From the human T2T-CHM13v2.0 reference genome, Homo sapiens, in the NCBI RefSeq assembly GCF_009914755.1, contig NC_060947.1: a DNA stretch of 64,000 nucleotides; one strand, written 5' to 3'. Under the pieces are notes generated by a model, which was not told where the DNA came from, ran no database searches, and was given only the letters and a program-made list of their open reading frames with translations. This document shows positions 16,477 to 32,252 of this stretch, piece by piece; positions within the stretch are counted from its first letter, which is position 1, and every line of letters begins with the position of its first letter. The position numbers and the translations under genes are program-made.

Positions 16477-18484
16477 CTAGAAAAGAAATAATAAACAAGC
16501 AAAAGATTAAAGTGGAAACGGATGGCTAGTTTTTCTAAATATATAGGTTAGTAGTTTTCACATGTATAAAGTGTCTAGCTGTAATTTAAAAAATAGATTC
16601 TGTAAAATTTTTATAATATGGTTCTTTCTGTCAATGATGATACCTGTGAGTGTGCTCTCAGCCTACAAAGCCTAAAATGGATCCTTGCTTAAGTGCAGTT
16701 CAGTGTAAAATAGAGTATCTTAAGTACCAATTATAAAAGGGTAATGTGAAAAGGGTATTCTCGGGCCATAATTGGTATGCAACCGCTTACAGCTTGTAGT
16801 CAATTTAGTTTGAGATCTTGAAGTCATATGCCTTATCCTCTTGTCTCAGGGTAAGTTATTCTGGAATTCTTTATATATAATGTTTCCTTGGGCATGCGTG
16901 TATTGAAAATGTCATGGTGATGTATGTAAGAAGTTAAAACATATAGGTAGAATTTTAAAATGTCCTACCCATAAGTCATAACCTGATTTTAAAGTTGTTG
17001 TAGATTTTGTGTGGTTGTTTTTTATAGCTGAGGTAGAATGTGCTGATATATTACATCCTGTGAAACAGCTGTTTAGACAGTAAAAATCAAGCAGAATTTT
17101 TACAGGCAACTGTAAAAGTAGGTGGCTAAAGATTTTTATAGTTATCTAGGACATCTTATTTTCCATGTGGCACCAGCCTTTTTTTCCGACATGCAGCCTA
17201 GACCAGAATGAATGTTATAAAGTTCTGTAACATGCGCAGCATGTAACATTTATCTTCTGAAGAGAATCTTAGAAAACATTTTCAATTTTGGAGTGAATAG
17301 TTGGGGGAATGACTACTATTTATTTCCTCCTTCCCTGTGATGATTATTGTTTCAGTGTGATGAATCACTTTGAAATATTTCCAATTGCTCTCTAGTAATA
17401 AAGTTAAATGTGATTCTTAAGTGGACCTTAACTTCTGAATGATCTAGTTCTACTCCAATTTGGGAGGAGAAAGTTAAGGCTTGGCAACACTTGGCAAGTT
17501 CAGATAGTACAGATTTTTTTCTTCTCTGAGATAATATTTTTATTCATTTTTATGTATGGAAATATTGGGAATCTTCCAGGTTGTATACTGAAGGATGAAG
17601 ATAAGCATGCTTCCCCTTATCTTCAGCCAGTCAGATGCTGTCAGCTGAGTGGGGGTCCAGGTGAAAATTGTATAGGGGCAGAGCAGCCCAGCAAAGAGCT
17701 ACCTCAAGAACTTCAACCTTCAAGAATATTTATTTGAAACTCTCCTTTTTGAAATGATCCCTCTACAAATTCTCGGCCTAAGCAGGCAAATTGAATTAGA
17801 TTGGTTTTTGTTTTATTTTGAACTTATAGAAAAGATTCCATACATTGCTTTGCAGTGGGTTTTGCCTTGACTGTGTTTTTGCTTTCACAATCTTTAGTTT
17901 TTAAAGAATGTTTTAAAAATATTTTAAAGCTCACATTTATTTTACTTCTTATTGTTTCACATATAAATGGATAGTAGAAAATGGCTGGACAAGAGGGACT
18001 GATATAAAGTCAGTCCACAGTCTGTCTGGCTGAGCTGCAGTCTATTCCCTCACCCCACCCAATTACTCTCAAAGAACATTTTTCTGTCTCCCAAAGCATA
18101 TCTACTGTGTTGTCCCTTGATAGAGTTCTTCTTAAACTTTTTTTTTTTTTTTAGAAGAGGGTGATAGCCCTATGTTCAAAAATACCTTCTCAGGAGATAA
18201 CCAAGCTAAATCACTCAAAGTAATAGCCATCAGAGAGAGAGCAGATGAATACTGGCAGAATAATGCTATTATCCTGATTCTAAAATAATTCATAGCTCTG
18301 TGAGGAGATCCATGGCCCAATATGTGAGGGATGTATTACTATTTTTTACATAAGGAAAAGCTCAATCTCTTATCAAAGTAGCTATTGTTTAATATAGAGA
18401 AGAGAGAAATAATCTGTTGGTCTTCTGAATTCTTTAATCTCATGGAGCTAGAGCTCTCCACAGCAGAGCCATAATGGGCAGTAG

Positions 18485-18740
18485 GACATGGTATAGTGTG
18501 TAAATTCATGGGGCTTAGGGTCCGACTTAGGTGAAAGTCCTAACTTTGGAAATTTACAAGCTGGGTGATCATAGACAAGTCACTTAACTACTATGAGCCT
18601 CAGTTTTTATCATCTTTGAATAAGACTAATAATTCATGCTTTGCCTACTTCACAGGGTTGTGGTAAGGATCAGATGAGATAAGGGGTATGAAAATGCTTC
18701 AAAAACTGTAAAGTACCATACAAATGAAGGTTGCTATTGA
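18485..18740. mobile_element. MIR
   Basis: Core CAAGTCACTTAAC...GAGCCTCAGTTTTTATCATCT. Confidence 0.75.
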
Positions 18741-20773
18741 TAGGAGCACAGCTTGTCTCCTTGATACACAGCTTTCAAAATATATGGCAGTGTTTACTTT
18801 TTATTTTAAGGGGATATTCAATTTAAACAGAGAAAGCCATCCCTAAACTACACTAAAGTGTTATCTGGCTAAAGAGACTGCCAGGGAGCATTTCTCTGAA
18901 CTGTCAATGCCCTTTTCATTTTAGGACAAGCCAGGACACATTTCCTTGCCTCTCATCTGTGAGGCATGAGCTAGCCTACTGTGGAGAAAAAAAAATGAGG
19001 GAATAGAAAGAGAACAAGGTTATGTTCACTCTTGGTATTACTTGTGAATATTGGCACATTACTGATGATTAATTCATATCCAAATATTATCTTTCAAGAA
19101 TGAAAAAAGCATATAGCACCTGGCTGGCATTGTGACATTTCATTATTGGCTGACTAGGTGGGCTAAAGGCAAAATGTGTGAAATGTAATATTGTTTATTT
19201 TGTTACAAGGGTAAAAAGTGGTTCCTAAACAGTAGCCTACTGTGTTAAGAACCAAGAAAGGTCTATAGTGAAGACCAAGGCCGACACTTTCCCTGCTGAT
19301 TGGACATAGTAGATTTTCTTCACATTCAGGGTAGTAGCTCAGTATGTGGATTTTATAATATATTTTAAAATTATTGTAACTTAATAATAATCCTGTGCTG
19401 TGGAAAGGGACAAAGGAAGAGATGATGAAGCATTTTATATTTGTAGAAAAATTTATGAAAAAGTTTTACTTCTGCATAAAGTTTTGCTTGTATCCCTGAG
19501 TTAATGATTATGGCATCTATTATATAATTCCTTATTCTTAAAGTTATTAAATATCTGAACTGATTAAGCAAGTTGAAAGGGAAATGGAAAACACACATCA
19601 CTATAATTTTCTACACTATCTTTTCTATATTACTAGGGATCAATGCACTGATTAATAATTTAAATATTCTTGGCTATTTAGGTTCCTATTGCCTTACCCT
19701 TCTCCTTTTTTCTTCAGTTTATTATAGTCTATATTCTGGTCACTGAATTCATGTTCTTTCTCTACGGCTTTATGTCTCCATTTGAGGTGAGATATTCATG
19801 TTATATAGGCTTTTGTGCAATCCCTAAATAACTAGTAGCTCTGTCCACATCTGTCTTTTGATATTCAGGTTCAGTTTGGACAGCCTTCATCATGGATGTC
19901 TTAGTAATTGTACTGGAGTTGTGGGGAAGGGATATCTCCTGGAGTCCACTAGTATGACATTTAAAAAGAACATATTTCACTATACTTTTGCCAGACCTTG
20001 TACACATATGTAAATAAAAAAATCTGCCTTAAGTTTGTTTTTCTTTTTTGGAAGTAGTTGGATATGATTTATATCTTCAAGTAGATGAAATAACTTTTTT
20101 TGAGATTTCATTATAATTATTAGACTCACATTTTTAAAGGTAAAGCACTTTCAACGTCTGTTTCATTTGATCTTGGCAATGAGCCAGTGAAGCAGGTAAG
20201 AGATCCAGTATTAGATCCCAGTTCTCCTAATTGCTAACCCAGTGTTTGTCAACCAAAGTTAAAAAACAAACAAAAAAACCCCTCCCCATTATGTGAGATA
20301 GGTCAGTATATCTTTCTGTCTCATAGGAATTCTGCAACTCTCCTTTGAATAGGGAATTAGGAAGTATTTTCTAACAACAGGGGAGTGATTTGTTAGCCTT
20401 TTTCTTAGGAAACTAGGGATTTAAAATTAGTTTCAACATTTTTCAAATCTATAACTGGTAGGAAGTGGAACTTTAAAACTCACCTGGAGAAATACATTGT
20501 AAAGAATCAATAGGAGTCAAGAGATTAGGTACCCAAAGGCCTTAGCAAGATTCTCGTGTATGACAGAAACTTGTTTAACTAGAATCTTTAAATAACAGCT
20601 TCCGAAATCTCAGAGTATTCAATATGGAAAACCTGTTTTTAGTGCCTTCTCTTCCAGTTACTTCAACAGTATTAGCTATTTAAAAATGTAAAAAGATAGA
20701 GGGTGAACAATGTCACAAGTTGGAGTGGGTGTGCATTTGTTCTAGGGGACCCTTCAGGATATTTTTAACTTAC

Positions 20774-20894
20774 TCTCCAGTATTTGATGAAATAGCTGAA
20801 GACTGTCGTAGCAATGTACAGGCAGTAGAGAACAGAGTAAGCTAAGAATTGAAGGAAGAATTTGTAGTTGGAAAATCCAATGCAGTTATTAACC
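20774..20894 (-). CDS. ZDHHC15: ZDHHC15 coding exon (approx. exon 7), 121 nt: (W)[40 protein letters not shown]
   Basis: Poly-T then AG acceptor, GTAAGT donor; NNCIGxxNYKFF is the end of the DHHC cysteine-rich domain. Confidence 0.97.
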
Positions 20895-21643
20895 CTAAAA
20901 AAAAAGAAAAACTAATTTGACATCAGGACCTCTTGATTGAGAGCACACTGATACATAAGTGAACTAAGCAATGGAATAATGCTAGTTCTGCTGCTTCATT
21001 ATGTGTCGTGTAAAAGCCCAATAGAGATAGAAGTCCCTTAATAAGAACAAACTGGATAAAACAAGTTCATGTCTCACTTGTTTATTCTTTCATTTACAGG
21101 CACAGAAACACCTGGCCTGCCTAATAGCTCTGGACTGGTTCGTGACACATCCAAGCAAACCTGGATCCTGGTTGCTAAAAATGTATTACAGTTTTAGCAG
21201 CTACATTTGGTACAGTTGTGGCATGTTCTTTTTGTAGTTAGGTGATTTCAGACTGGCCCGCAGGGTCTGATATACAAAATTTGGAAAATTGCTGAATTTA
21301 ACATTCTAGAATATTTCAAACATCAAGCCAACTAGAAACAGAACTGAATTGTGTAATGTTAAAAGGAGAAATGTTTGTGCTGTATTTCATTACTCTGCTC
21401 AATTGCTAAAGTTAATGAATATGAGACCATTAGCTTTGTAACTCCAGGAATTCACTACCATACCTTTGGTGTTATATTTTTTCTTTATTTAAAATGTTAC
21501 CCCTCCCCTGTCCCCTACAGAAATATAAAACCCAGTGAATTATGGTGGCAGAAACAGGCATGTGACAACTATGCTTAGAAAAGTGCATATAATTGAGCAA
21601 CTTTGACCCCTTTAGAGGAGAGAAATGAATCAAACAGACATAC

Positions 21644-21676
21644 CAAGGGCAGTGATGATCCATTTTTAACACACAC
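21644..21676 (-). CDS. ZDHHC15: ZDHHC15 33-nt microexon (approx. exon 6): (M)CVLKMDHHCP(W), the catalytic DHHC motif
   Basis: GTAG acceptor, GTATGT donor, phase 2 to 2. Confidence 0.97.
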
Positions 21677-22109
21677 CTACGAAGGGGACAAAATACAGTG
21701 TGATAAGTGAGGCTATGGAAATGAAGCAACATCTCATAATTAAACTCAAGGTTTCACCAGTATTTTTACATGGTTCTAATAACACCCATTCTCAGATTTC
21801 CACTATAGTGACTCCAAAACTGTGGCCCTCAGTTATTTCTAGGATGAGGTAATCACAACAACACTTTATAGGATCATGCCAGCAGCAAGTTACATGCTTA
21901 TAAGTCCAACCTTTCAAAGGGATTGGAAACTCCAGATTATTAATACAGAGAAAAGGTTCAAGATGTCTCCTATCATTTTATTCAATACTTAGTTTAATAA
22001 AAATACAGAAGAAAATATATGGCTATAGCCTCTATCTGAATCAAGGGTAAGAAAAATATGGGTGGAATAAGTACTCAAGAGAAAAGGCATTACATGTATC
22101 AATATAAAA

Positions 22110-22950
22110 ATGGGGTTTGCAAAGCTGGAACAATTTGGGCAACAAAAAAGTAGTATTGGGTTATAATGCAAAATGTAAAATGAATATTTATGCTTTCATA
22201 CTGATATAAATAAATGATTGAATAAATAAATAAATGAAGAGAAGAGATAAATGTCCCAAGCAAAATAACTTGAAATAATTTGTGTAGATACTCCACCTTC
22301 AAGGATGGAGGGCATAACTTTCCATTCCTTTAGTGTTGGCTGTGCATAGTGACTTCCTTTCAAAGAGTAAAGCATAGAAAGGAAGAACAATTTTACAGTG
22401 GTGAAACCTGACATACTACCTCAGCCAGATGATCAAAATTAACCTTTCAGTGATAAGTCATGTTTATAGGTACCCTTAATATGATGTAATGAGAATGGCA
22501 CCTTACTCTGTCGTCTTCCTCCCCCAGATCATATTACCCCAGTCTAACAATGATGAGGAAAGCATCAAACAAATCTCAATCAAGGGACACTCTATGACCT
22601 ACTTGACCATTAATCCTAAATACTGTCAAGGTTATCAAAAACAAGTCTGGGATACTGCCACAGCTAAGAGAAGCTAAGGAGATGAGACATCACTATTAAA
22701 TGTAATGTGGTATCCTGGATGGGATCCTGGAACAGATAAAGGACATTATGGAAAAACTGAGGAAATCTAAATATAGACTTCAGTTAAAAATAATGTATCA
22801 GTATTAGTTCATTAATTGTAACAAATGTATCATACAAATATAAGATGTTAACAACAAGGGAAACTGGGTGTGAGACATACAAGAACTATCTTCACAATAA
22901 ATCTGTAAGTCTAAAACTGTCCACAAATACAATGTTAGTTTTTAAAATGT
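22110..22950 (+). mobile_element. Old L1 (L1MC/MD-like) 3'UTR
   Basis: Typical motifs such as GTGGTATCCTGGATGGGATCCTGGAACAG. Confidence 0.7.
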
Positions 22951-23146
22951 GGTCTTACTTCTCTTACTTATCTTTAGAGTAGCTTGGATCATCATCATCC
23001 GTGTGAGGGGTTTTGGCATATGCTCATTATAATTGAAAGGAAATGCTCTTATCTAGGTATGATTACATGTTAGGATCAGTCATTTTGTTGTCTAGGAAAC
23101 CTTCAGTGGCCAAGCCCAGCCCAGGGGAAATATGGCCGTCACTTAC

Positions 23147-23216
23147 ATAGCACAGACAGAGCAGTGGTGGCAGCGGTCTGGCTTGATCAGATGACACCGG
23201 TCACAGAATCGTACAG
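23147..23216 (-). CDS. ZDHHC15: ZDHHC15 coding exon (approx. exon 5), 70 nt: (A)VRFCDRCHLIKPDRCHHCSVCA(M); zinc-binding region
   Basis: Poly-T then ATAG acceptor, GTAAGT donor; C-x2-C-x3-KPxRxHHC-x2-C. Confidence 0.97.
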
Positions 23217-24289
23217 CTATAAAAAAAAAAATAAGGTGGTTAGCACTTGTTAGGGCTCAATATAAGACCTTATATCTTACTAGCTTATCTGGATGACTTG
23301 TTATGCACTGATTATAGATAGTCAAACTCATCTCAAGTTACCAAGCAAAAGGCAGACTACATAAGAGAATTGGGGTATATATTTTTTTCCTTGTTGTATC
23401 CAATTTTGAAAGCACTTTTGGGGGCTGAAAGGAACGAGAAAAGTTTCTTATCTGGATATCTGTCATAAGATCTTTCATTATAAAACAAACTATACTATCA
23501 AATGCTTGAGGGATCTTGAAAAACCATTTAGCCTCTATTTACCCCCAACTTTCTGATCTGAAAATAAGGATTCACAGTTTATCTCCTGTCTCCAGAGGTT
23601 GGATTGTATGTGGTGGATAACACTCCTAAAACATGGTAAAGAGAGTGGTTTCTAGAATAATAATTTGGGGAACAGAAGAGACATTCTAGAACAATTAGTT
23701 TAATTGACCATTTCACAGATAAAGGAAATAAAGATCTGGGTCATATCAAGTGATTTGCCCAGGGTCACACAGCAAGTTGCTGGCAGGGCTGTGACCTGTA
23801 CAGTTTTGATGATTTCTTATTTTAGGATTCTTTTAACTCTGTAATTCTTATTTTAGGATTCTAATATAAAAAAATCATTCCTCCTTCCCTCCCTCCTTCA
23901 TTCCTTCCTTTCTTCCTTCCTTCCTTTCCTTTAGATGAAAGGTATTTTACTTTCCCTCTCATTTTCTAGATGTTCATTGATAGAGTACGACTGTGTTTAA
24001 TGTGATTATTAAGTATAAAAACTAAAATGATGAATAATTTGAACTAATATAATCATTTCATCTAAAGTGTACATTAAGCACATATTACTGATTCAACACA
24101 ATAGACAGTTAATTCAGCAGAGATTTGTGTTTACTTCCACTAATGGAAGTATGTGAGTGACTAAAGTCGTGGGTATAATTGAGTCAAAGAGGAAGGGAGA
24201 AGAACATGCATATCTGGGTCCTTTTGCATATTTTAAAATATACTGTCAATGCTCCTATCCTCATTTAAGCCACATTGTCTCTTAGCTAG

Positions 24290-24961
<672 letters not shown>

Positions 24962-25351
24962 TATGATGGTTAATTTTACTTTTTTATTTCAATAGGTTTT
25001 TGGGGAACAGGTGGTGTTTGGTTACATGGATAAGTTGTTTAGTGGTGATTTCTGAGATTTTGGTGCACCCATCATCTAAGCCGTAAACACTGTACCCAGC
25101 ATGTAGTCTGTTAACCCTTGCCACCCCCTACCCTTCCCCCTGAGTCCCCAGAGTACACTATATCATTCTTAGGCTTTTGCATCCTCATAGCTTAGCTCTC
25201 ACTCATAATTGAAAACATATGATATTAGGTTTTCCACTCCTGAGTTACTTTACATAGAATAATGGTCTCCAACTCCATCCAGGTTGCTGAGAATGCCATG
25301 ATTTTGTTCCCTTTTTATGGCCAAGTAGTGTATATTTTTTATGGCTGAGTA

Positions 25352-25393
<42 letters not shown>

Positions 25394-28300
25394 GTAACAT
25401 TTTCTTTATTCACTCATTGGTTTGGGCTGGTTCCATATTTTTGTAATTTGTAATTGCAAACTGTGTTGCGATGAACATGCCTGTGCAAGTGTCTTTTTCA
25501 TATAATGACTTCTTTTGCTCTGGGTAAATACCCAGGAGTGGGATTGTTGGATCAAATGACAGATCTACGTTAGTTCTTTAAGGAATCTCCATACTGTTTT
25601 CCATAGTGGTTGTAGTAGTTCATATTCCCACCAGGAGTGTAAAAGCGTTCCCTTTTCACCACATCAAAGCCAACGTTTATTATGCTTTGATTTTTAAATT
25701 ACGGCCATTCTTGCAGGAATAAGGTGGTATTGCATTGTGGTTTTGACTTGCATTTCCCTGAAAATTAGTGATGTTGAGAATATTTTCACGTTTGTTGGCC
25801 ATTTGTATATCTTCTTTTGAGAATTGTTTATTCAGGTCCTTAGCCCACTTTTTGATGGGATTGTTTTTTTCTTGCTGATTTGTTTGGGTTCCTTGTAGAT
25901 TCTGGATATTCGTCCCTTGTCACATGCATAGTTTGTGGATAATTTTTCCCAGCCTTTGGGTTGTCTGTTTACTCTGCTATTTCTTTTCCTATGCAGAAGC
26001 TTTCTAGTTTAATTAAGTCCCATCAATTTATCTTTGTTTGTGTTGCATTTGCCTTTGGGTTCTTGGTCATGAACTATTTGCATAGGCCAATATCTAGCAA
26101 AGTTTTTCCAATGTTATCTTCTATAATGTTTACGGTTTCAGGTCTTAGATTTAAGTCTTCGATCCAACTTGAGTTCAGTAGATTTTTGTATATGGTGATA
26201 AATGAGGATCCAGTTTCATTCTTCTACATGTGGCTTGCCAATTATCCCAGCATCATTTGTTGAATAGGGTGTCTTTCCCCACTTTATGTTTTTGTTTGCT
26301 TTGTCAAAAATCAGTTAGCTGTAAGTATTTGGGCTTATTTCTGGGTTCCTATTCTGTTCCATTGGTCTATGCACCTATTTTTATACCTGTACCATGCTGC
26401 TTTGGTGACTATAGCCTTGTAGTATAGTTTGAAGTCAGGTAACGTGATGCCTCCAGATTTGTTCTTTTTGCTTACTCTTGCTTTGCCTAATGCGGGCTTT
26501 TATAGTTTCACATGAATTTTAGAATTGTTTTTTCCAGTGCTGTGAAGAATGATGGTGGTAGTTTGATGGGAATTGCATTGAATGTGTATATTGCTTTTGG
26601 CAGCATGGTCATTTTCACAATATTGATTATACCCATTCATGGGCATGGGATGTGTTTCCATTTGTTTACGTTGTCTATGATTTCTTTCAGCAGTGTTTTG
26701 TAGTTTTCCTTGTAGAGGTCTTTCATGTCCTTGGTTAGGTATATTTCTAAGTTTTGTTTGTTTGTTTGTTTTCTGCTATAGTAAAAGTAGTGGAGTTCTT
26801 GATTTGATTCTCAGCTTGGTTGCTGTTGGTGTATAGCACTGCTACTGATTTGTATACATTAATTTTGTAACGTGAAATTTTATTGAATTCATTGATCAGA
26901 TCCAGGAGCTTTTTGGAAGAGTCTTTAGGGTTTTCTAGGTATATGATCACATTATCAGCAAACAGTGACTGTTTGACTTCCTCTTTATTCATTTGGATGT
27001 CCTTTATTTCTTTCTCTTGTCTGATCACTCTGGCTAGGACTTCCAGTACTATGTTGAATAGAAATGGTGAAAGTGGGCATCTTTGTCTTGTTCCAGTTCT
27101 CAGGAACAATGCTTTCAACTTTTCCCCATTCAGTATAATTTAGCTGTGGGTTTGTCATAGATGGCTTTTATTACCTTAACATATTTCCCTTCTATGCTGA
27201 TTTTGCTGAGGATTTTAATCATAAAGGGATGCTGGATTTTGTCAAATGTTTTTTCTGCGTCTATTGAGATGATCATGTGATTTTTGTTTTTACTTATGTT
27301 TATGTGGTGTACCACATTTATTGACTTGCCTGTGTTAAACCAACCCTGAATCCATGGTATGAAACCCACATGATGATGATGGATTATGTTTTTGATATGC
27401 TGTTGAATTCGGTTAGCTAGTATTTTGTTGAGGATTTCTGCATCTATATTCATTAGGAATATTGGTCTGCAGTTTTCTTTTTTAGCTATGTTCTTTCCTG
27501 GTTTTTGGTACTAGGGTAATATTGGCTTCATAGAATAATTTAGGAAGGATTCCCTCTTTCTCTGTCTTTTGGAATAGTTTCAGTAGGAGTGGTACCAATT
27601 CTTCTTTGAGTGTCTGATAGAATTCAGCTGTGAATCCATCTGGCCCTGGACTTTTTTTTGTTGGCAATTTTTTTATTACCATTTTAATCTTGCTGCTTGT
27701 TACTGGCCTCTTCAGAGTTCCCATTTCTTTCTGGTTTAATCTAGCACAGTTGTATATTTGCAGGAATTTATCCATCTCCTCTAAATTTTCTAGTTTGTGC
27801 CCACGAATGTGTTCTTAGTTGCCTTGAATGATCTTTTGTATTTCTGTTATCGGCTGTAATATCTCCCTTTTTGTTTCAAATTGAGCTTATTTGGATCTTC
27901 ACTCTTCTTGGTTTATCTCACTAATTGTCTATCAATTTTATCTTTTCGAAGAACAAGCTTTTCGTTTCATTTATCTTTTGTATTCTTATTTTTTGTTTCA
28001 ATTTCATTTAGTTCTGCTCTGATTTTTGTTATTTCTTTTCTTCTGCTGGGTTTGGGTTTGGTTTGTTCTTGTTTCTTTAGTTCCTTGAGGTGTAAGCTTA
28101 GATTGTCCATTTGTGCTCTTTCAGACTTTTTGATGTAGGCACTTAATGCTATGAACTTTCCTCTTAGCACTGTTTTGCTGTATCCCAGAGGTTTTGATAG
28201 GTTGTGTTACTATTATCATTCAGTTCAAAGAATTTTTAAAACTTCCATCTTGATTTCATTGTTGACTCAACAATCATTCATGAGTAGTTTATTTAAATTC

Positions 28301-28467
28301 TATGTATTCACATGGTTTTGAAGGTTCCTACTAAAGGTGATTTCCAATTGTATTCCACTGTGGTCTGAGAAAGTACTTGAAATAATTTTGATTTTCTTAG
28401 ATTTACTGAAACTTGTTTTGTGGCCTATCATATGGTCTATCTTGAATAATGTTCCATGTGCTAATGA

Positions 28468-28856
<389 letters not shown>

Positions 28857-28937
28857 CTGTAAATATCTGTTAAGTCTATTTGTTCTAGTGTGTAGTTTAA
28901 GTCTACTGTTTCTTTGTTGTTTCTTTGTTGACTTTCT

Positions 28938-29893
28938 TTTTTTTGTTTTTTTTTTTAAATTTATTTATTATTATTATACTTTAAGTTTTAGGGTACATGT
29001 GCACAATGTGCAGGTTAGTTACATATGTATACATGTGCCATGCTGGTGTGCTGCACCCACTAACTTGTCATCTAGCATTAGGTATATCTCCCAATGCTAT
29101 CCCTCCCCCCTCCCCCCACCCCACAACAGTCCCCAGAGTGTGATGTTCCCCTTCCTGTGTCCATGTGTTCTCATTGTTCAATTCCCACCTATGAGTGAGA
29201 ATATGCGGTGTTTGGTTTTTTGTTCTTGCGATAGTTTACTGAGAATGATGATTTCCAATTTCATCCATGTCCCTACAAAGGATATGAACTCATCATTTTT
29301 TATGGCTGCATAGTATTCCATGGTGTATATGTGCCACATTTTCTTAATCCAGTCTATCATTGTTGGACATTTGGGTTGGTTCCAAGTCTTTGCTATTGTG
29401 AATAATGCCACAATAAACATACGTGTGCATGTGTCTTTAAAGCAGCATGATTTACAGTCCTTTGGGTATATACCCAGTAATGGGATGGCTGGGTCAAATG
29501 GTATTTCTAGTTCTAGATCTCTGAGGAATCACCACACTGACTTCCATACTCATCTGACAAAGGGCTAATATCCAGAATCTACAATGAACTCAAACAAATT
29601 TACAAGAAAAAAACAAACAACCCCATCAAAAAGTGGGCAAAGGACATGAACAGACACTTCTCAAAAGAAGACATTTATGCAGCCAAAAAACACATGAAAA
29701 AATGCTCACCATCACTGGCCATCAGAGAAATGCAAATCACAACCACAATGAGATACCATCTCACACCTGTTAGAATGGCAATCATTAAAAAGTCAGGAAA
29801 CAACAAGTGCTGGAGAGGATGTGGAGAAATAGGAACACTTTTACACTGTTGGTGGGACTGTAAACTAGTTCAACCATTGTGGAAGTCAGTGTG
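28938..29893 (-). mobile_element. L1PA2-like insertion with 5' inversion (28938-29546 minus, 29547-29893 plus)
   Basis: Strand switch at 29546/29547; TSD TGACTTTCT at 28929 and 29892. Confidence 0.92.
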
Positions 29894-31770
29894 ACTTTCT
29901 GTCTTGATGGCCTGTCTCGTGCTGTCAGTGGAGTAGTGAAGTCCCCCGCTATTATTGTGTTGCCATCTATTTCATTTCTCAAGTCTAATAGTAATTGTTT
30001 TATAAATTTGTGGGCTCCAGTATTAGGTGCATATATATTTAGGATTGTGATATTTTCCTGTTTAACTGTCCTTTTATCATTATATAATGTCCCTCTTTGT
30101 CTTTTTAAACTGTTGTTGCTTTAAAGTCTGTTTTTTTTCTAAGAATAGCTAACCCTGCATATTTTTAGTGTCCATTTGCATTGAATACCTTTTTTCACTC
30201 CTGTACCTTAAGTTTATGTCAGTCCTTTTATGTTAGGTGCGTTGAAGACAGCAGATACTTGGTTGGTAAACTTTTATTCATTCTGCCATTCTGTATCTTT
30301 TAAGTGGAGGATTTAGGCCGTTTACATTCAACATTAATATTGAGATGTGAGGTATCATTCTATTCATCATGCTAGTTGTTGCATCAATGCCTTTTTTACA
30401 TTGTGTTTTTGTTTTATAACCCCTGTGAGATTTATGCTTTAAGAAAGTTCTATTTTGCTGTATTTTGAGGTTTTGTTTCAAGATATTGAACTCCTTTTAA
30501 CATTTCTTGTAGCTCTGCCTTGGTAATGGTAAATTATCTCAGCATTTTTTTGTCTAAAAAATATTTTATCTTTCCTTCATTTATGAAGTTTTCTTTCGCT
30601 GGATACAAAATTCTTGGCTGGTAATTATTTTCTTAAAGAGGCAAAATATAGGACCCAAATCCCTTCTAGTTTGTAGGGTTTCTGCTGACAAATCTGCTGT
30701 TAGTCTGATAGCTTTCCCTTCATAGGTTACCTGATGCTTTTGCCTCACAGCTCTTAAGATTTTCTCCTTTGTCTTGACTTTAGATACTCTGATGACTGTG
30801 TGCCTACCTGATGATTTTTTGCTATGAATTTCCTGGGTGTTCTTTGAGCTTCTGTATTTGGATGTCTATATCTCTAGCAAGGCCAGGGACATTTTCCTCG
30901 GTTTTTCCCCCAAATAAGTTTTCCAAACACTTAGATCTCTCTTCTTCCTCAGGAACACCAATTACTCTTAGGTTTCAGAATAACATAATCATTTAACATA
31001 ATCACAAAACTTCTTGGAGCCTTTGTTCATTTTTTTGAATCTTTTTTCTTTGTCTTTGTCAGATTGGGTTAATTCAAAAGCCTTTTCTTTAAGCTCTGAT
31101 GTTCTTTCTTCTACTTCTTCAATTATATTGTTGTAACTTTCCAGTTTCTTTTGCATTTGTCTAAGTGTGTTTCATTTCCAGAAGCTGTGGATGTTTTTTA
31201 TTTATGCTGTATATTTCTCTGGAGATATTTTAATCCATATCCTATAATATTTTTAAAATTTCTTTAAATTATTTTTCATCTTTCTCTGATCCCTCCTTGA
31301 ACAGCTTAATAATTGACTTTCTAAATTCTTTTCTGGGCAATTCACAGGATTCTTCTTGGTTTAGATCCATTGCTTGTGACCTAATGTGGTCTTTGGGGGA
31401 TGTCAAAGAACCTTGCTTTATAATATTATCAGAATTGTTTTTCTTGTTCCTTCTCATTTGGGTAGACTATGTCAGAGGAACGTTCTGTGGCTCAAGGGCT
31501 GCTGTTCAGATTCTTTTCTTCCACTGGGTGATCCCTTGATGTGGTGTTCTCCCCATTTTTCTAAGGATGGGGTTTCCTGGGAGCCAGACTGCAGTGATTG
31601 TTATTTACTCTTCTGGGTCTAGCCACCCAGCAGAGCTACCAGACTCTGTGCTGGTACTGGGGAGTGTCTGCAAAGAGTCCTGTGATTTGATCCATCTTCA
31701 GTTCTCTCAGTCATGGATACCAGCACCTGCTCCAGTGGAGGTAGCAGGGGAGTTGAAGTGGATTCTGTGA

Positions 31771-32252
<482 letters not shown>

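Noticed and set aside
23815-23862. 17-bp direct repeat TCTTATTTTAGGATTCT
   Set aside because: Probably a small slippage duplication with no functional evidence
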